Virus record (IMG/VR): IMGVR_UViG_3300027852_000033
Coordinates: 1-64,000 of that record
Length of the DNA stretch: 64,000 nt
Source: a virus
Direction: 5' to 3' (one strand)
Position 1 is the first letter of the stretch, and every line of letters begins with the position of its first letter. Both the position numbers and the translations under genes were made by a program. Under the pieces are notes generated by a model. That model was not told the origin of the DNA and made no database searches. It worked only from the letters and a program-made list of their open reading frames with translations. Of this stretch, positions 17,297 through 27,950 are shown piece by piece.

Positions 17297-17572
17297 ATGG
17301 GTAGTGAAATAGATATGAGGAATTTGGGTTATTTTAGAATTAAGTATAGTACTATAAAAAATAACATTGAAGAAGTAATTGAGATTTTTTCGTTACTTAA
17401 AGTAGTTCCAATAAAGGCAGAACTTAGACTGGACTCAAATGAGTTTGAATATTTGGCTATTTCTGAAAGATTTGAAAGAGTACCGGCGGGTTGTACCGCC
17501 CCCGATTATGAATTACGAATAACAAGGTCAAATGCTGGTAATATCGAATTAATAGAAGTGGGGAAAATATAA
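17297..17572 (+). CDS. Hypothetical protein
   Basis: Start MGSEID after GGAGG. Confidence 0.6.
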   Translation: MGSEIDMRNLGYFRIKYSTIKNNIEEVIEIFSLLKVVPIKAELRLDSNEFEYLAISERFERVPAGCTAPDYELRITRSNAGNIELIEVGKI

Positions 17573-17575
17573 CAA

Positions 17576-17875
17576 TTGAATAAACTACTAATGGAATATA
17601 AATGGTTTAATGACTATGTTAAACATGAAATAGGCATTGTTGCGAATGGAAGACTATTTTACCCAACTAGAAGACCAGTTCATAGTTGTAAAAATTGTCA
17701 GTTTTTATGCAACAATCAATGTGATATTAATGTAGAGTTTGATCTAATTGGTCAACCTTATTCAAACTGCTTTCCCTGCAAAAGTAATAAATATGCAGGT
17801 CGAGGTGACGAGATTCAGGGGGATAGCTTAAGAGTTGCTATCCTTGAATTATGCCAAAAAGAGGATGATGAATAG
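17576..17875 (+). CDS. Cys-rich hypothetical protein
   Basis: ORF track; CKNC..C..C. Confidence 0.5.
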   Translation: MNKLLMEYKWFNDYVKHEIGIVANGRLFYPTRRPVHSCKNCQFLCNNQCDINVEFDLIGQPYSNCFPCKSNKYAGRGDEIQGDSLRVAILELCQKEDDE

Positions 17876-18313
17876 ATGGATAGCATATACGAAGAACTAT
17901 GGATGTTAAGGGCGGAAATAATTGGGGATGTTATTCCTGTGAATTGGTGTAAGACAATAAGAAAAGATAATAGCCCTGGAGAACCTGACATTATAGCGTG
18001 TTTAATATTAGCAAATATTATAGCATGGTATATGCCTATTAAGGAAATAGATGTCGATATGGAAATGATACATTTCTTTGGATTTGGACAGAAATTTAGT
18101 GGTAGTAGATTACGGAGAGACTATCAGTATTATTCAAACTGTCTAGGAGTATCAGATACAATGGCCAGAGAAGCAATAAACAATTTGGTTAGATTGAAAT
18201 TGATAACTGAAGAAATCGAATATACATACGTCGGATCAGGGATAGATACTATATCAATGTATCTGGAACCGAATATTGAAAAAGTATTTGGTATTACTTG
18301 GCCGGAGGAATAA
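17876..18313 (+). CDS. Replication-initiator-like winged-helix protein (N-terminal domain only)
   Basis: G.VIP..W.KTI..G.PD..A..IL..I..WY.P...KF...L.R.Y...GVS...A...L..L.LI pattern of phage replisome organisers. Confidence 0.6.
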   Translation: MDSIYEELWMLRAEIIGDVIPVNWCKTIRKDNSPGEPDIIACLILANIIAWYMPIKEIDVDMEMIHFFGFGQKFSGSRLRRDYQYYSNCLGVSDTMAREAINNLVRLKLITEEIEYTYVGSGIDTISMYLEPNIEKVFGITWPEE

Positions 18314-18370
18314 TGTGCAGCACAATACCGATAATAGTTTTTGTTTGTGGGGCACAAAAGGAAATGAAGA

Positions 18371-18550
18371 ATGAAGGTATATTACATTAGTGGGGTTGTT
18401 AAAAGTGGCGATTATGAAGAAAGCTTTGAAAGAATAGTCGAAGCTAAATCGAAAGGAAAGGCATATAGAAAATTAAAAGCTATATTAAATGATTCTATGG
18501 GAATAAATATAGATAATTTTTATGAAACAACAAGTGATGCAAGGTTATAG
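18371..18550 (+). CDS. 59-aa hypothetical protein
   Basis: Hand-translated MKVYYISGVVKSG... Confidence 0.5.
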   Translation: MKVYYISGVVKSGDYEESFERIVEAKSKGKAYRKLKAILNDSMGINIDNFYETTSDARL

Positions 18551-18623
18551 CATGGTATATACCTATTAAGGAAATAGATATCGATATGGAAACCATATTA
18601 CTTGGCCGGAGGAATAACGTGCA
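18546..18623 (+). pseudogene. Internally deleted duplicate of part of gene 17876-18313
   Basis: TATAGCATGGTATAT.CCTATTAAGGAAATAGAT.TCGATATGGAAA joined to TATTACTTGGCCGGAGGAATAA.GTGCAG. Confidence 0.7.
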
Positions 18624-18670
18624 GGAAATATATGATTCAAAAATTAAATCTTTAGAAGAGAGGTTAGGAC

Positions 18671-18949
18671 ATGAACGAACAAGAAACAGAAAAACGTACC
18701 TTGTTTTTTAAGACGGAACCGTATCAAGGATATGTCATTACCGCATGGCAGGTCGATTCACAAGATGATGCTGTTGTGACTATTGAAAGAAATGGGACAT
18801 TAATTCGTAGTTTTGCTTTCCCTGCTTATAAGATATGGAATATTGAAGCGCATGCAAATGATATCATTGAAAGTGAGATAGAGAAGAATACTGAAGGTTA
18901 TATGCTTGCAGGATCAGACGGTCTTGGTGGAAATGTCTTTGGGCAATAA
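18671..18949 (+). CDS. Hypothetical protein
   Basis: ORF with RBS. Confidence 0.6.
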   Translation: MNEQETEKRTLFFKTEPYQGYVITAWQVDSQDDAVVTIERNGTLIRSFAFPAYKIWNIEAHANDIIESEIEKNTEGYMLAGSDGLGGNVFGQ

Positions 18950-19196
18950 ACTACAGAATTAAAATATCTTGAAAAAGAAATAGTTAAGATCCAGAAGGAT
19001 AGCAAATGAATGAAATAAAGAGGCCTATGATTGTTGAAAAGTATGCAGATAATGGAGAGCATTCACATTGGTCAGTTATTGACAGGGAGGATGGGAAAAC
19101 AATTATTGAAGATATAGAAGAAGCAAGATACCTCGAAAATGAAATACGTATGTTAGTTGAACGACGAAATAATTTATAATAGGAGGGTAAATTGTA

Positions 19197-19568
19197 ATGT
19201 TCAATGAAATAGTAGAATTAAGGTTGGAAAAAATAAAAAAGATACTGGGAGAGAAAGCTCAGGAGTATGCTTCCGGAGGTGACCGGTTCCACAATTTTAA
19301 TGTTGCTGGAAGAATAGCTGGGATAACACCGGAGAAAGCGCTGTATGGTATGATGCTAAAACATGAGGTATCAGTAATTGATCTGATTGAACTGGCGGAT
19401 ACTGACCCTGGTAAACTCAATGAAGCTATAATTGATGAAAAGATAGGCGATTTTGTAAATTACTTAATCTTGTTAGAAGGATTATTGAAACAAAGGTGTA
19501 TAACAAAGGAAACAATGGTACCCTATCAACCTGAAGTAGTGTTCTCCAACATAAATACAGACCGGTAA
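19197..19568 (+). CDS. MazG-like / DUF1599 (nucleotide-modification-associated) protein
   Basis: K..EYA...DRFHNF...KH..S..D...EKIGD.VNYLILL. Confidence 0.7.
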   Translation: MFNEIVELRLEKIKKILGEKAQEYASGGDRFHNFNVAGRIAGITPEKALYGMMLKHEVSVIDLIELADTDPGKLNEAIIDEKIGDFVNYLILLEGLLKQRCITKETMVPYQPEVVFSNINTDR

Positions 19569-19612
19569 ACAGGATTGCAAAATCATATTATATATTTTGA
19601 AAGGAGAATAAG

Positions 19613-19846
19613 ATGGCGGTAGTAGTCCATGGATATTGTTTGACATGTAACAAAAAGTTCATAACAACTATTGGATCCGGTCAACCCAGGCCAATTGAAT
19701 GTTCCGAGTGTATTAGTAAAGAGAAAGATACTGAACGTAGAAAGCATTTTGGTGGATTGAATGCTCTAACAATTGAAGAACGGATTCGTAAAATTGAAGA
19801 ATGGATTTACGATCACAAATGTAGCCCATCGGAAATCAAGTTATAG
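19613..19846 (+). CDS. Zn-ribbon protein
   Basis: CLTC...CSEC; AAGGAG RBS. Confidence 0.65.
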   Translation: MAVVVHGYCLTCNKKFITTIGSGQPRPIECSECISKEKDTERRKHFGGLNALTIEERIRKIEEWIYDHKCSPSEIKL

Positions 19847-19860
19847 GGGGGTTACTACCT

Positions 19861-20505
19861 ATGATAAACCAGGAGGGTGGTATTATAAAACCATTAGTTT
19901 ATTCAGTTTATTCAGTTGAACATTTTGTACAAGAGTACCCTCTGGGCGATACGGATAGACATTTTAGGGTAATAAGCCAGGATTGGCAGACTGATTCTGT
20001 TACCGCTTGTACTTTCAAGTTTGAGGTGGACCTTTCTATTACAGATACTGTCGTTATGGGATGTTTACCTAGTGCGAAATTAGTAGTTAGTTGTAAGTTT
20101 AGTCATGAGTTTATTAACGGAATAACAGCAAATACTGTAATAAATGTAAAGGCGGAACCGTTCGACTTTTATTTCACAGAGAATTTACACGATGCCCTGT
20201 CAGGTTTTTTCTGTAAAAGAGATGGGATATTACTACATAAGAGTCATACAAAATGCGATTACTCAGGGCCTTGTCATTTTATGGATTGTATAAGAATACC
20301 CGATACTATCTATTGTAGTGGTGGGCTTCCGTATATATATGTACAAAAAGAGATAAGGCCACAATACCGTAGAGTAGCGTCAATAGTAACAATGGTGGTA
20401 CAAACTATGGCAAATGAATATTTTATAGAGGCGCCCTGTACATCAAATTTGTTTTCCCTCATATCATATAAGGAACGAAAAATATGGGACCAGTTAAAAA
20501 AGTAA
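19861..20505 (+). CDS. Paralog family B1 copy 1
   Basis: LGDTDRHF, E.DLS..D.VVMGCLPS.KL, CKRDG shared with the next gene. Confidence 0.75.
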   Translation: MINQEGGIIKPLVYSVYSVEHFVQEYPLGDTDRHFRVISQDWQTDSVTACTFKFEVDLSITDTVVMGCLPSAKLVVSCKFSHEFINGITANTVINVKAEPFDFYFTENLHDALSGFFCKRDGILLHKSHTKCDYSGPCHFMDCIRIPDTIYCSGGLPYIYVQKEIRPQYRRVASIVTMVVQTMANEYFIEAPCTSNLFSLISYKERKIWDQLKK

Positions 20506-21026
20506 ATCTGAATACTCCTAATTCATATCTTCATTTGGGCGATACGGATAGACATTTTATGGTAATAAGCCACGAAAGGACAAAAGCACATACTAATATT
20601 TTCAAGCTTGAGATAGACTTGTCTGTTTCTGATGTTGTCGTTATGGGATGTTTACCCAGTGTCAAATTAGTAGCTATTTGTGAGTTTAGTATTGATCATG
20701 ATAAAATTATGTCAACAAGAGATATGACGGTAAACGTAGCCCAGCGCAGCTTTTATTTCACTGACGATTCATTCGATAACCGATTAGGTTTTTTATGTAA
20801 AAGAGACGGGGTAGTATTACCTAATGAGCATATGAAATGCAATCCTATACGGTCTTGTTATTTTACAGACTGTGTAAAAAAACCTTATGTTGTTAATTGT
20901 AGTGGTTCAATTGACTATGCGGAAGATGTACGGCCGCAATTTAACAGAGTAATGTCAATAGTTGCAATGGCAGCAGAAGTTATATTGAAGGAATATTTTG
21001 CAGGGAGGAACATATGTCAGATTTAA
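20484..21026 (+). CDS. Paralog family B1 copy 2
   Basis: Same motifs as 19861-20505. Confidence 0.75.
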   Translation: MGPVKKVNLNTPNSYLHLGDTDRHFMVISHERTKAHTNIFKLEIDLSVSDVVVMGCLPSVKLVAICEFSIDHDKIMSTRDMTVNVAQRSFYFTDDSFDNRLGFLCKRDGVVLPNEHMKCNPIRSCYFTDCVKKPYVVNCSGSIDYAEDVRPQFNRVMSIVAMAAEVILKEYFAGRNICQI

Positions 21027-21052
21027 TCATATCTATATAAGGAACGAAAAAT

Positions 21053-21496
21053 ATGAATACACATGACCTTCAGTTCTCTCTTTTCATTAAGTTTAAAAAA
21101 AATACAGAGGAACACGTATATATCGAAAATGGGAAGCATTATATTTTTTATGCAAACGAACACAATATTAATAAATTCTCTATATCTTCTGATTTATCCA
21201 TATCCGATGCAATATTTTTCAAGCAACCTATAGGTAGTAAATTACAAGTTATATATAGTATAACTCCCATTGCTAATAATACTACTGTTCCACCTTATCG
21301 CCTGGATTTAGTAATATCAAATTATTTTATTTATAATAAAGAAGGAAGACAAAGCCAAATTTATCAAGGTGAAATAGTAGGTCATCGTAGCATTATTAAC
21401 AGATTATCTCATATAGCAGAAGAATCAGTAAAATATGTTTTACAATATTTAGAATATATACCCCTCGAAACAAATATAGACGTATGGTTTATATAG
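21053..21496 (+). CDS. Paralog family B2 copy 1
   Basis: G.HYIFY, SD..F..P.GSKL, NY.I.NK.G. Confidence 0.8.
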   Translation: MNTHDLQFSLFIKFKKNTEEHVYIENGKHYIFYANEHNINKFSISSDLSISDAIFFKQPIGSKLQVIYSITPIANNTTVPPYRLDLVISNYFIYNKEGRQSQIYQGEIVGHRSIINRLSHIAEESVKYVLQYLEYIPLETNIDVWFI

Positions 21497-21507
21497 GAGC
21501 GAAAAAT

Positions 21508-21939
21508 ATGGGTATTAATCTCACCATTTTCAATAGTTTTAGAAAAAATATAGAAGAGCATGTAGAAACAGAAAATGGGGAACATTATATTTTTTATGCA
21601 GACGCCAGCGATATTAACAGATTCTCTATAGTCTCTGATTTATCTATGTCCGATATCATAGTTTTCAAACAACCTGTGGGTAGTAAATTGCAGGTTTTAT
21701 ATACTATAAACCACCTCACTAATAGGGTTAACGATTTTACTTTCCACTTGGATGTAGTAATATCAAATTACTTTATTTGTAACAAAAAGGGAGAATTACT
21801 CCAAACTTTTCAAGGAGGCGCGATAACCGATTCCACCCTTCGTAGAGTAATTCATATAGCAGAAGAATCGATAAAATATACTCTCTCATCTTTAAAGTAT
21901 ATACCACCTGGAACAGATATAAAAATATGGTTAATATAG
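21508..21939 (+). CDS. Paralog family B2 copy 2
   Basis: Start MGINL after TAGGAG; same motifs. Confidence 0.8.
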   Translation: MGINLTIFNSFRKNIEEHVETENGEHYIFYADASDINRFSIVSDLSMSDIIVFKQPVGSKLQVLYTINHLTNRVNDFTFHLDVVISNYFICNKKGELLQTFQGGAITDSTLRRVIHIAEESIKYTLSSLKYIPPGTDIKIWLI

Positions 21940-21949
21940 GAACAAAGAT

Positions 21950-22417
21950 ATGAATACCGAGAATATTGATACTGCCCATGATATTGAGTTTCGGTTAATC
22001 AATAGGCTTAAACAAAATGGTGAAGATGAAGTATATGCCAAAAATGGGAAGCATTATATTTTTTATGTGGAAGAAAATATCGATAATCAATTCGGTATAT
22101 TCTCTGATTTAACTACATCCGATGCAGTATTTTTCAAACAGCCTATAGGTAGTAAATTGAAGGCAGTATATACTATAAGTTTTCCATTTGCGGATATGGT
22201 TGAATCATCCAATCAATCGAATCAATTGAATTTAGTATTAGCAAATTACTCTATTTGTAATAAGAAAGGAGAACAAAGCCAAACTTTTCAAAGTGGCACA
22301 ATATCCGATTCCGCCCTTCGTAGAGCACAATATATAGCAGGGGAATCAGTAAAATATACTTTAGCAGCATTAGGGTATATACTACCCGGGACAGTTATAA
22401 AACTGTGGTTAATATAG
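21950..22417 (+). CDS. Paralog family B2 copy 3
   Basis: Same motifs. Confidence 0.8.
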   Translation: MNTENIDTAHDIEFRLINRLKQNGEDEVYAKNGKHYIFYVEENIDNQFGIFSDLTTSDAVFFKQPIGSKLKAVYTISFPFADMVESSNQSNQLNLVLANYSICNKKGEQSQTFQSGTISDSALRRAQYIAGESVKYTLAALGYILPGTVIKLWLI

Positions 22418-22427
22418 AGGAGAAGAT

Positions 22428-22880
22428 ATGGATCGCGGTTGTGCCATCTTCAATAGTTTTAGAAAAAATACGGAGGAGCATGTATATGCAAAGAGCGGAG
22501 AACATTATATTTTTTATGCAGAAGAAAATACCGATAACCAATTCTCTATATTTTATGAGCTAGCCATATCTGATTGTGTCTTTTTCGGATATCCTATAGG
22601 TAGTAAATTACAAGTTATATGTAGAACAGATTATTTTACCGATTATGCAAATACCTCTCCTTTTTTGTATGTAGTAATAACAAATTACTGTATTTGTAAC
22701 GAAAAAGGAGAACAACTCCATAATGCTGAGTATAGTCTTACAACGGATACAACCAATCGTAGAATAAAGTACATAGCAGGGATGACAGTAAGATACACTT
22801 TGCCGGCTTTAAATTATGTATCACCGGAAACAAATATGAAAATATGGCTCATATGGGATAGAAACATGAGTTTAATATAG
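22428..22880 (+). CDS. Paralog family B2 copy 4
   Basis: Same motifs. Confidence 0.8.
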   Translation: MDRGCAIFNSFRKNTEEHVYAKSGEHYIFYAEENTDNQFSIFYELAISDCVFFGYPIGSKLQVICRTDYFTDYANTSPFLYVVITNYCICNEKGEQLHNAEYSLTTDTTNRRIKYIAGMTVRYTLPALNYVSPETNMKIWLIWDRNMSLI

Positions 22881-22888
22881 GAGGAACC

Positions 22889-23149
22889 ATGAATATACAA
22901 ATAGTACCAGAACAAGATATGGAAATATTAAGGAAGTACATAAATTCTAATGGTGTAGTATTGATACCAGAAAAGGTAAAGGAAGAAGCAAACATATCTG
23001 ATTCTGATATTGAGCTTATTACTGATTTAGTTTCAAATGATGAATATAGTTTTGGAGGGGATGCAGACATTTGGATCGATCTTATAAATAGCCCAGATCA
23101 TTATTTCTTTACATGGTTGTTAGAGACAAAGGAGGAACTTAAGGAGTGA
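22889..23149 (+). CDS. Acidic hypothetical protein
   Basis: AGGAGG RBS. Confidence 0.7.
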   Translation: MNIQIVPEQDMEILRKYINSNGVVLIPEKVKEEANISDSDIELITDLVSNDEYSFGGDADIWIDLINSPDHYFFTWLLETKEELKE

Positions 23150-23169
23150 GTTGCCCTATAGTGTTGCAA

Positions 23170-26100
23170 TTATGCAATGGCCCTGGTATGTTGTATCCCT
23201 CTTTGGCTTCCATACCTTGTATGCCCTTGAGATCTCAGTTCCATGGTCATATCATTAATTGACAATAATCTTTCCTGATTTCTTCTGTTATATGTTCTAT
23301 TATTTGGCGTATTGTTTGTTGTTCTTTGATGTGCATTGCCCATATTATGTTGCGGTATAAAATGATCACTTATATTAGCAAATTCCCCTACTCTCTGTGC
23401 TTTAGAAGTATCCATTATTATCTGAGCAGATTTAGAACTATTATATCCTGAGCTTATCATACTATCCATATAAGAAGGATCGGAATATTTAGAATAATTT
23501 CCCTCTGATAGTTGGGAATCATGCCTCGAAAAATATTTACCGTGTTTGTTCTTATAATAATTTTGAATGCCACCATCTAATGCTATCGAATGTTGTACTA
23601 TGTTAGATTTTGGTAGCCCAATAGATACATCCCGTGGTATTACAGATGCATTATCTCTCATAAGATTCCGGACATAATCGTCGGTGAGATCATTTGCAGA
23701 ACTTATATTGCGTCTAACAAATGGTTCTTCCATATTTATATTATCAGCGATTATTCTCGGAGACCTGCTTGGTTTTGGTACTATCGGCATTGGGGTAGTA
23801 GATCCCGTAGGAATAAGAGTATATTTCTCAATTGTTTTTAGTTTTTCGCTTGCCTTACTCTGTCTCCACTTTTCCTTACCAAGCTCGAATTTATCTTTTA
23901 ATGTATTGGCTTCTTTCCTCATGGATGGAAGTTTCGAGGTGGAAGTATCTGCTTTTTCTTTTACCAGAGTTACCGTATTTCTGGCGTTCTGTATACTATC
24001 TTTATGTCTATCTGCAGCTCTCTGTAAACTATCAACATCCCGGTGTACCGCATTTACTACTTTATCATATATATTTTCTGACCATTTCTTTACTCTATGA
24101 TATGGGCGCTCTACTATATCCTGCGAGACTATTTGTCCTACCTTATCAGATACCTGGGTTTGTAGCCATCTAGTTCCACTATGGGTACCGATATTTTGCG
24201 CCTTTGATATTCTTCCTATCCCAAGTTCCTTTGCAAATTCAGTAGCGGAATTATATATCCATTTACCTTTTTCCATAAGTTTACTAAAACTTATAGAACT
24301 CCTAAATGGAGTATGAGAAAGATACGCAACTCTAAGATCGGATTCCGGTTCTATCATGTTAGAATGCTGATCGGCTATCTGTATCTTTAGTTTTTTACGC
24401 CTCTTTATTTTATCTTTAGTATCCTTTGCTATTTCCCTATCTGTTTTTACATTAGGTAATATAGCCATAGCTAGGAGAGAAGATATTGCCGTTCCTACAA
24501 ATAACTTACCAGGTGATAATTTACCGGATGCAAGTGATCGTAGACTGCCGGATCTTGCCATTTTTATTTTTGACCGGATACTATCTTCGGATACACCAAA
24601 TCTACTCAATAGATTTGTAGTATACTTTTTTACTTTCTGGAATGCAGCACTTGCCATTCCTTTAACTGCGGCTGTTTCTCCTACTCCTCCTGGTACCCAC
24701 ATTCTCTTAGAACCAAAGTCACTATTCAGAGTTCTTCTAACTATACTGCGCGGGGAAGAGTGAGTACCATCATCTATTTCTTTATCTGAAGTAATCCAGT
24801 CCCCCATTTTCTCAACCTTTCTGGAAAGTATGGTTCTAACTGAGAATACTCCAGCTATATATGTTAACATTGCTGCTGCAGCCATAGGACGGAATGGGAA
24901 TTTACCAGGTGATATTTTATATCTGTCCGATAGGGAAGTCATAGTCTCACGTCTAGCTATCTTTTTCCAATAGTAATCCAGCTTGTTAGAGACTGCACCA
25001 TTGGATTGAAGATCGGACACTACCTCTTTCATATTATTAGTAGTGAGTGCCTTTCTAGCCGTGGCATCTGATAGTCTATGATTTACCCTTTCATAGTCCA
25101 TTTCTGAAATGGTTTGTATAGTATTTTGATCTATCCTTTCAAATATAGCCTGGGCCATTGGTTTATCTAGGGTAAAATCATATCTTTGTAGAGCAAGAGC
25201 AATATTATCCTCTGTAAGTTTAGCCCCTGCAGTATGTAGTGATTCTCTGATATTCCGTGTAATTGATTCATCTAATTCTCTGGCAAGTTTACGATCAGTG
25301 AAAGTACTTGTCATTACCTTTTCTTCAATCAATTCTGGTTTTATATTGAAGGTAGCAGATAGTTCATCTATTCTTTCCCTTGAGAAATAGTTTATAGAAT
25401 TCCGTAGGTTGTAAGACATCCATGGAGCACGATGAAAATATTCTTCACCCTCTCCTAATAATGAAAATGGAATCCTTGAAACTGCAGATTTGGCACCGGT
25501 CTGAACATTATAATTAAATTTATTCGAGTCATATCTATGGTGGAGCTTCCATGAGTCATCTAACTCTGATGTTAATTCTTTTACCCTACCTTGAACATCT
25601 TTTATTTCATCTTCCGGTAATATATCAGTTTCTAGTATTCTTAATCTCTCATTTGTAATATCTGTAGTTACCTGTTTTTCATATTCTTTTAGTCTATTTT
25701 CTCTGAATGATTTATATTGTCTTTCGGTTTCTCCTCTTGCTTCTTCATGTAAATTACCTAAAGCCTGGTCATACTTTTTCAACCTTGAGTCTATAAATTT
25801 ATTTCCTATCTTATCAGTATCATCAATAACATTCTGTACAAATCGGCTAAATGTACAGTTAAATCGTAGAGGGCAAGATGAACATGCAGTGGGATTACAC
25901 CCACCCAATGCAGACACCTCAGTTTTCAAGGATTGTATAGCCGAGGATATACCATCTTTAGCTCTTCCTGCTTTGATTTTATTGTATGCTATCATCTCTA
26001 TGGTACTAGCCTTAGCTAAATGAACGGCTATCTCAGATGGTACCTTTTTCATATCCGATTGATTAAAGACATGACTTAATAACATCCTTGTTGATTTACC

Positions 26101-26781
26101 GCTATCATCAGCAGGTATCAAATTATATATAAATTCTACACTTTGAGGGTTACCAACATGTAAAGATTCCGCATTGTTCCATGCAAGATGGCTATAGAAT
26201 AGGGGCTGTATTCCTTTCCTGGGGTCTAGAGAATCCATTAAGGCGGATATTTCTGCAGTGGTTTTATGGTCAATAACTTTCAGAACATCTCTTTCTTTAT
26301 CTACCATTAACATATCAAGCTTGCCACCAATTTGGCGGACCCACGGAAAGTTTTTTGATTTTAAATCCTTTTCAATATGGATATCAGTAGCTTCATGCTC
26401 GAGATACTCAGTGCCCCACTCTTTTATAGTTTCATTTACTGCAGGTAGTGCGGTAGAAGTTGATTGTTTCTGGGATAACATGTTTTGAGCTATTGCTTGG
26501 GCTTCCCTTATAGACTTCTCAACAAGCGATGCTCCAGGGTATGCTGTCTTATTTTTTACAGCAGTATTCAGCCAGTCTGTTTTCCTATCTTGTAGGAATT
26601 CAAAGGATTTTTCAATTGCATGGTGTACATCTTTACCAATAGCTAGTTTAGCGGTTGATTCAAAATTTCTATTCTGGCCACTTATAACCCTCTCTATAGT
26701 TCCACGCATGGGGCATCTTGTTAATTGTTGTATCGGAGTAGGATATAACTCCTTTGGTTTTCTCCATTCCTGCCTAGCCAT
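23170..26781 (-). CDS. Large protein with N-terminal Cas4/AddB-like PD-(D/E)xK nuclease and basic helical/low-complexity C-terminus
   Basis: RCP...G..VH...E...GKLD...VIDHKT...Q..FY...C....C..CP....C. Confidence 0.7.
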   Translation of the reverse strand: MARQEWRKPKELYPTPIQQLTRCPMRGTIERVISGQNRNFESTAKLAIGKDVHHAIEKSFEFLQDRKTDWLNTAVKNKTAYPGASLVEKSIREAQAIAQNMLSQKQSTSTALPAVNETIKEWGTEYLEHEATDIHIEKDLKSKNFPWVRQIGGKLDMLMVDKERDVLKVIDHKTTAEISALMDSLDPRKGIQPLFYSHLAWNNAESLHVGNPQSVEFIYNLIPADDSGKSTRMLLSHVFNQSDMKKVPSEIAVHLAKASTIEMIAYNKIKAGRAKDGISSAIQSLKTEVSALGGCNPTACSSCPLRFNCTFSRFVQNVIDDTDKIGNKFIDSRLKKYDQALGNLHEEARGETERQYKSFRENRLKEYEKQVTTDITNERLRILETDILPEDEIKDVQGRVKELTSELDDSWKLHHRYDSNKFNYNVQTGAKSAVSRIPFSLLGEGEEYFHRAPWMSYNLRNSINYFSRERIDELSATFNIKPELIEEKVMTSTFTDRKLARELDESITRNIRESLHTAGAKLTEDNIALALQRYDFTLDKPMAQAIFERIDQNTIQTISEMDYERVNHRLSDATARKALTTNNMKEVVSDLQSNGAVSNKLDYYWKKIARRETMTSLSDRYKISPGKFPFRPMAAAAMLTYIAGVFSVRTILSRKVEKMGDWITSDKEIDDGTHSSPRSIVRRTLNSDFGSKRMWVPGGVGETAAVKGMASAAFQKVKKYTTNLLSRFGVSEDSIRSKIKMARSGSLRSLASGKLSPGKLFVGTAISSLLAMAILPNVKTDREIAKDTKDKIKRRKKLKIQIADQHSNMIEPESDLRVAYLSHTPFRSSISFSKLMEKGKWIYNSATEFAKELGIGRISKAQNIGTHSGTRWLQTQVSDKVGQIVSQDIVERPYHRVKKWSENIYDKVVNAVHRDVDSLQRAADRHKDSIQNARNTVTLVKEKADTSTSKLPSMRKEANTLKDKFELGKEKWRQSKASEKLKTIEKYTLIPTGSTTPMPIVPKPSRSPRIIADNINMEEPFVRRNISSANDLTDDYVRNLMRDNASVIPRDVSIGLPKSNIVQHSIALDGGIQNYYKNKHGKYFSRHDSQLSEGNYSKYSDPSYMDSMISSGYNSSKSAQIIMDTSKAQRVGEFANISDHFIPQHNMGNAHQRTTNNTPNNRTYNRRNQERLLSINDMTMELRSQGHTRYGSQRGIQHTRAIA

Positions 26782-27649
26782 TTATATCCTCAGTAGAAAG
26801 ATCCTCTATTTCTTTTGGTTCTGTCGCTTTATTTACCATGGCCTCTAATTTATTTAATATCTCGTTTTGTCTGGTTATATTATCAGCCTCTTTCCCACGT
26901 TTATATTTTTCTGCCATCTCCGGAGTAGCCAGTAATTGTCTATATATTTGATCTTTACGTCTTGCTATTCTATCTTTTATCCTAACTGCTACTGCTTCCT
27001 CCTCTTTATAATATACCTCCCCGGTATTTTGATTAACTGCGGATGGACTGTCTGTAATAAACCCATCATTAGCAATAGTATGATTTAATCGTGCTTCTAT
27101 CATATCTGCTTCAACTAATCCATTAATAAAATTGTGCAATACAATATCTGTTTTTATATCTTCTGGAAATATTCCTAGTCGGTCGGATATAGCTATAACA
27201 TATTCTTTATAACTAAGTTCGGCATGTTTTATTTCAAGAATACATCGGTCACCTAAAGGTGGCTTTCCTGCAATATCATATGGACATATATCTTTCATTG
27301 CACATTCTGCCGAGCATACTTGAGCTATAGAGCTGCTTATATTTTCCCTAGGGCGGGATATGGCCTGATTTAATCTAGCCAGTTGCACTCTTGTCCAAGT
27401 TTTATTCATGAAAAAGTCTTCACCGTAAGTTGTTATTATCGATTCTCGTAAGTTAGCGGGAATATCATTATGCTTAACCTCATCTAAAGGTGCATTCATA
27501 AATGATATAGGTTTATCAGAACATAGTTCTTCTTCGAACGAGTTATAATCTGATACCGTCATTTCTTTGACTTTTGATGAAACCGGCTGTTTCTCCCTTA
27601 CTTCCATCCCTTGTGTATTTTTTTTCTTTGCTCTACTTTGATCTGTCAT
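26774..27649 (-). CDS. Cys-containing hypothetical protein (possible small terminase)
   Basis: CSAEC....CP...C; near terL; function inferred from position only. Confidence 0.4.
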   Translation of the reverse strand: MTDQSRAKKKNTQGMEVREKQPVSSKVKEMTVSDYNSFEEELCSDKPISFMNAPLDEVKHNDIPANLRESIITTYGEDFFMNKTWTRVQLARLNQAISRPRENISSSIAQVCSAECAMKDICPYDIAGKPPLGDRCILEIKHAELSYKEYVIAISDRLGIFPEDIKTDIVLHNFINGLVEADMIEARLNHTIANDGFITDSPSAVNQNTGEVYYKEEEAVAVRIKDRIARRKDQIYRQLLATPEMAEKYKRGKEADNITRQNEILNKLEAMVNKATEPKEIEDLSTEDING

Positions 27650-27950
27650 TTTTCTCTGCACGATTTGAATTTGACTGTTTAACTTTTTGCATCATCATTG
27701 TATTAGCTTGTTTATCTAACCATTTAATCGGATCACCCTTTATAGTAGCTAATATTTTAGCTTTTATATCGTGTTGATCGGTTCTCATTTCTCCATCTAC
27801 ATTATTATCCCAACTATTACTGAATATTTTTCTGAAAGTATCTACATGTATCCACATGGATGTAGGTTTCCCCTTCGGGGATGTATAGGATAAACATGCC
27901 ATTTCCTTTATTTGATCAAAATCTACTAATTCTACATTACTCTCGGCCAT
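27633..27950 (-). CDS. Hypothetical protein
   Basis: Start MAESN after GGAGGAG. Confidence 0.65.
   Translation of the reverse strand: MAESNVELVDFDQIKEMACLSYTSPKGKPTSMWIHVDTFRKIFSNSWDNNVDGEMRTDQHDIKAKILATIKGDPIKWLDKQANTMMMQKVKQSNSNRAEKNDRSK

Noticed and set aside
18018-22880. Diversity-generating retroelement template/variable repeats
   Set aside because: No reverse transcriptase in the window, and the differences are not adenine-specific.
23170-26781. CRISPR adaptation module based on the Cas4-like domain
   Set aside because: No cas1/cas2 or array; solo Cas4-like nucleases are common in phages.
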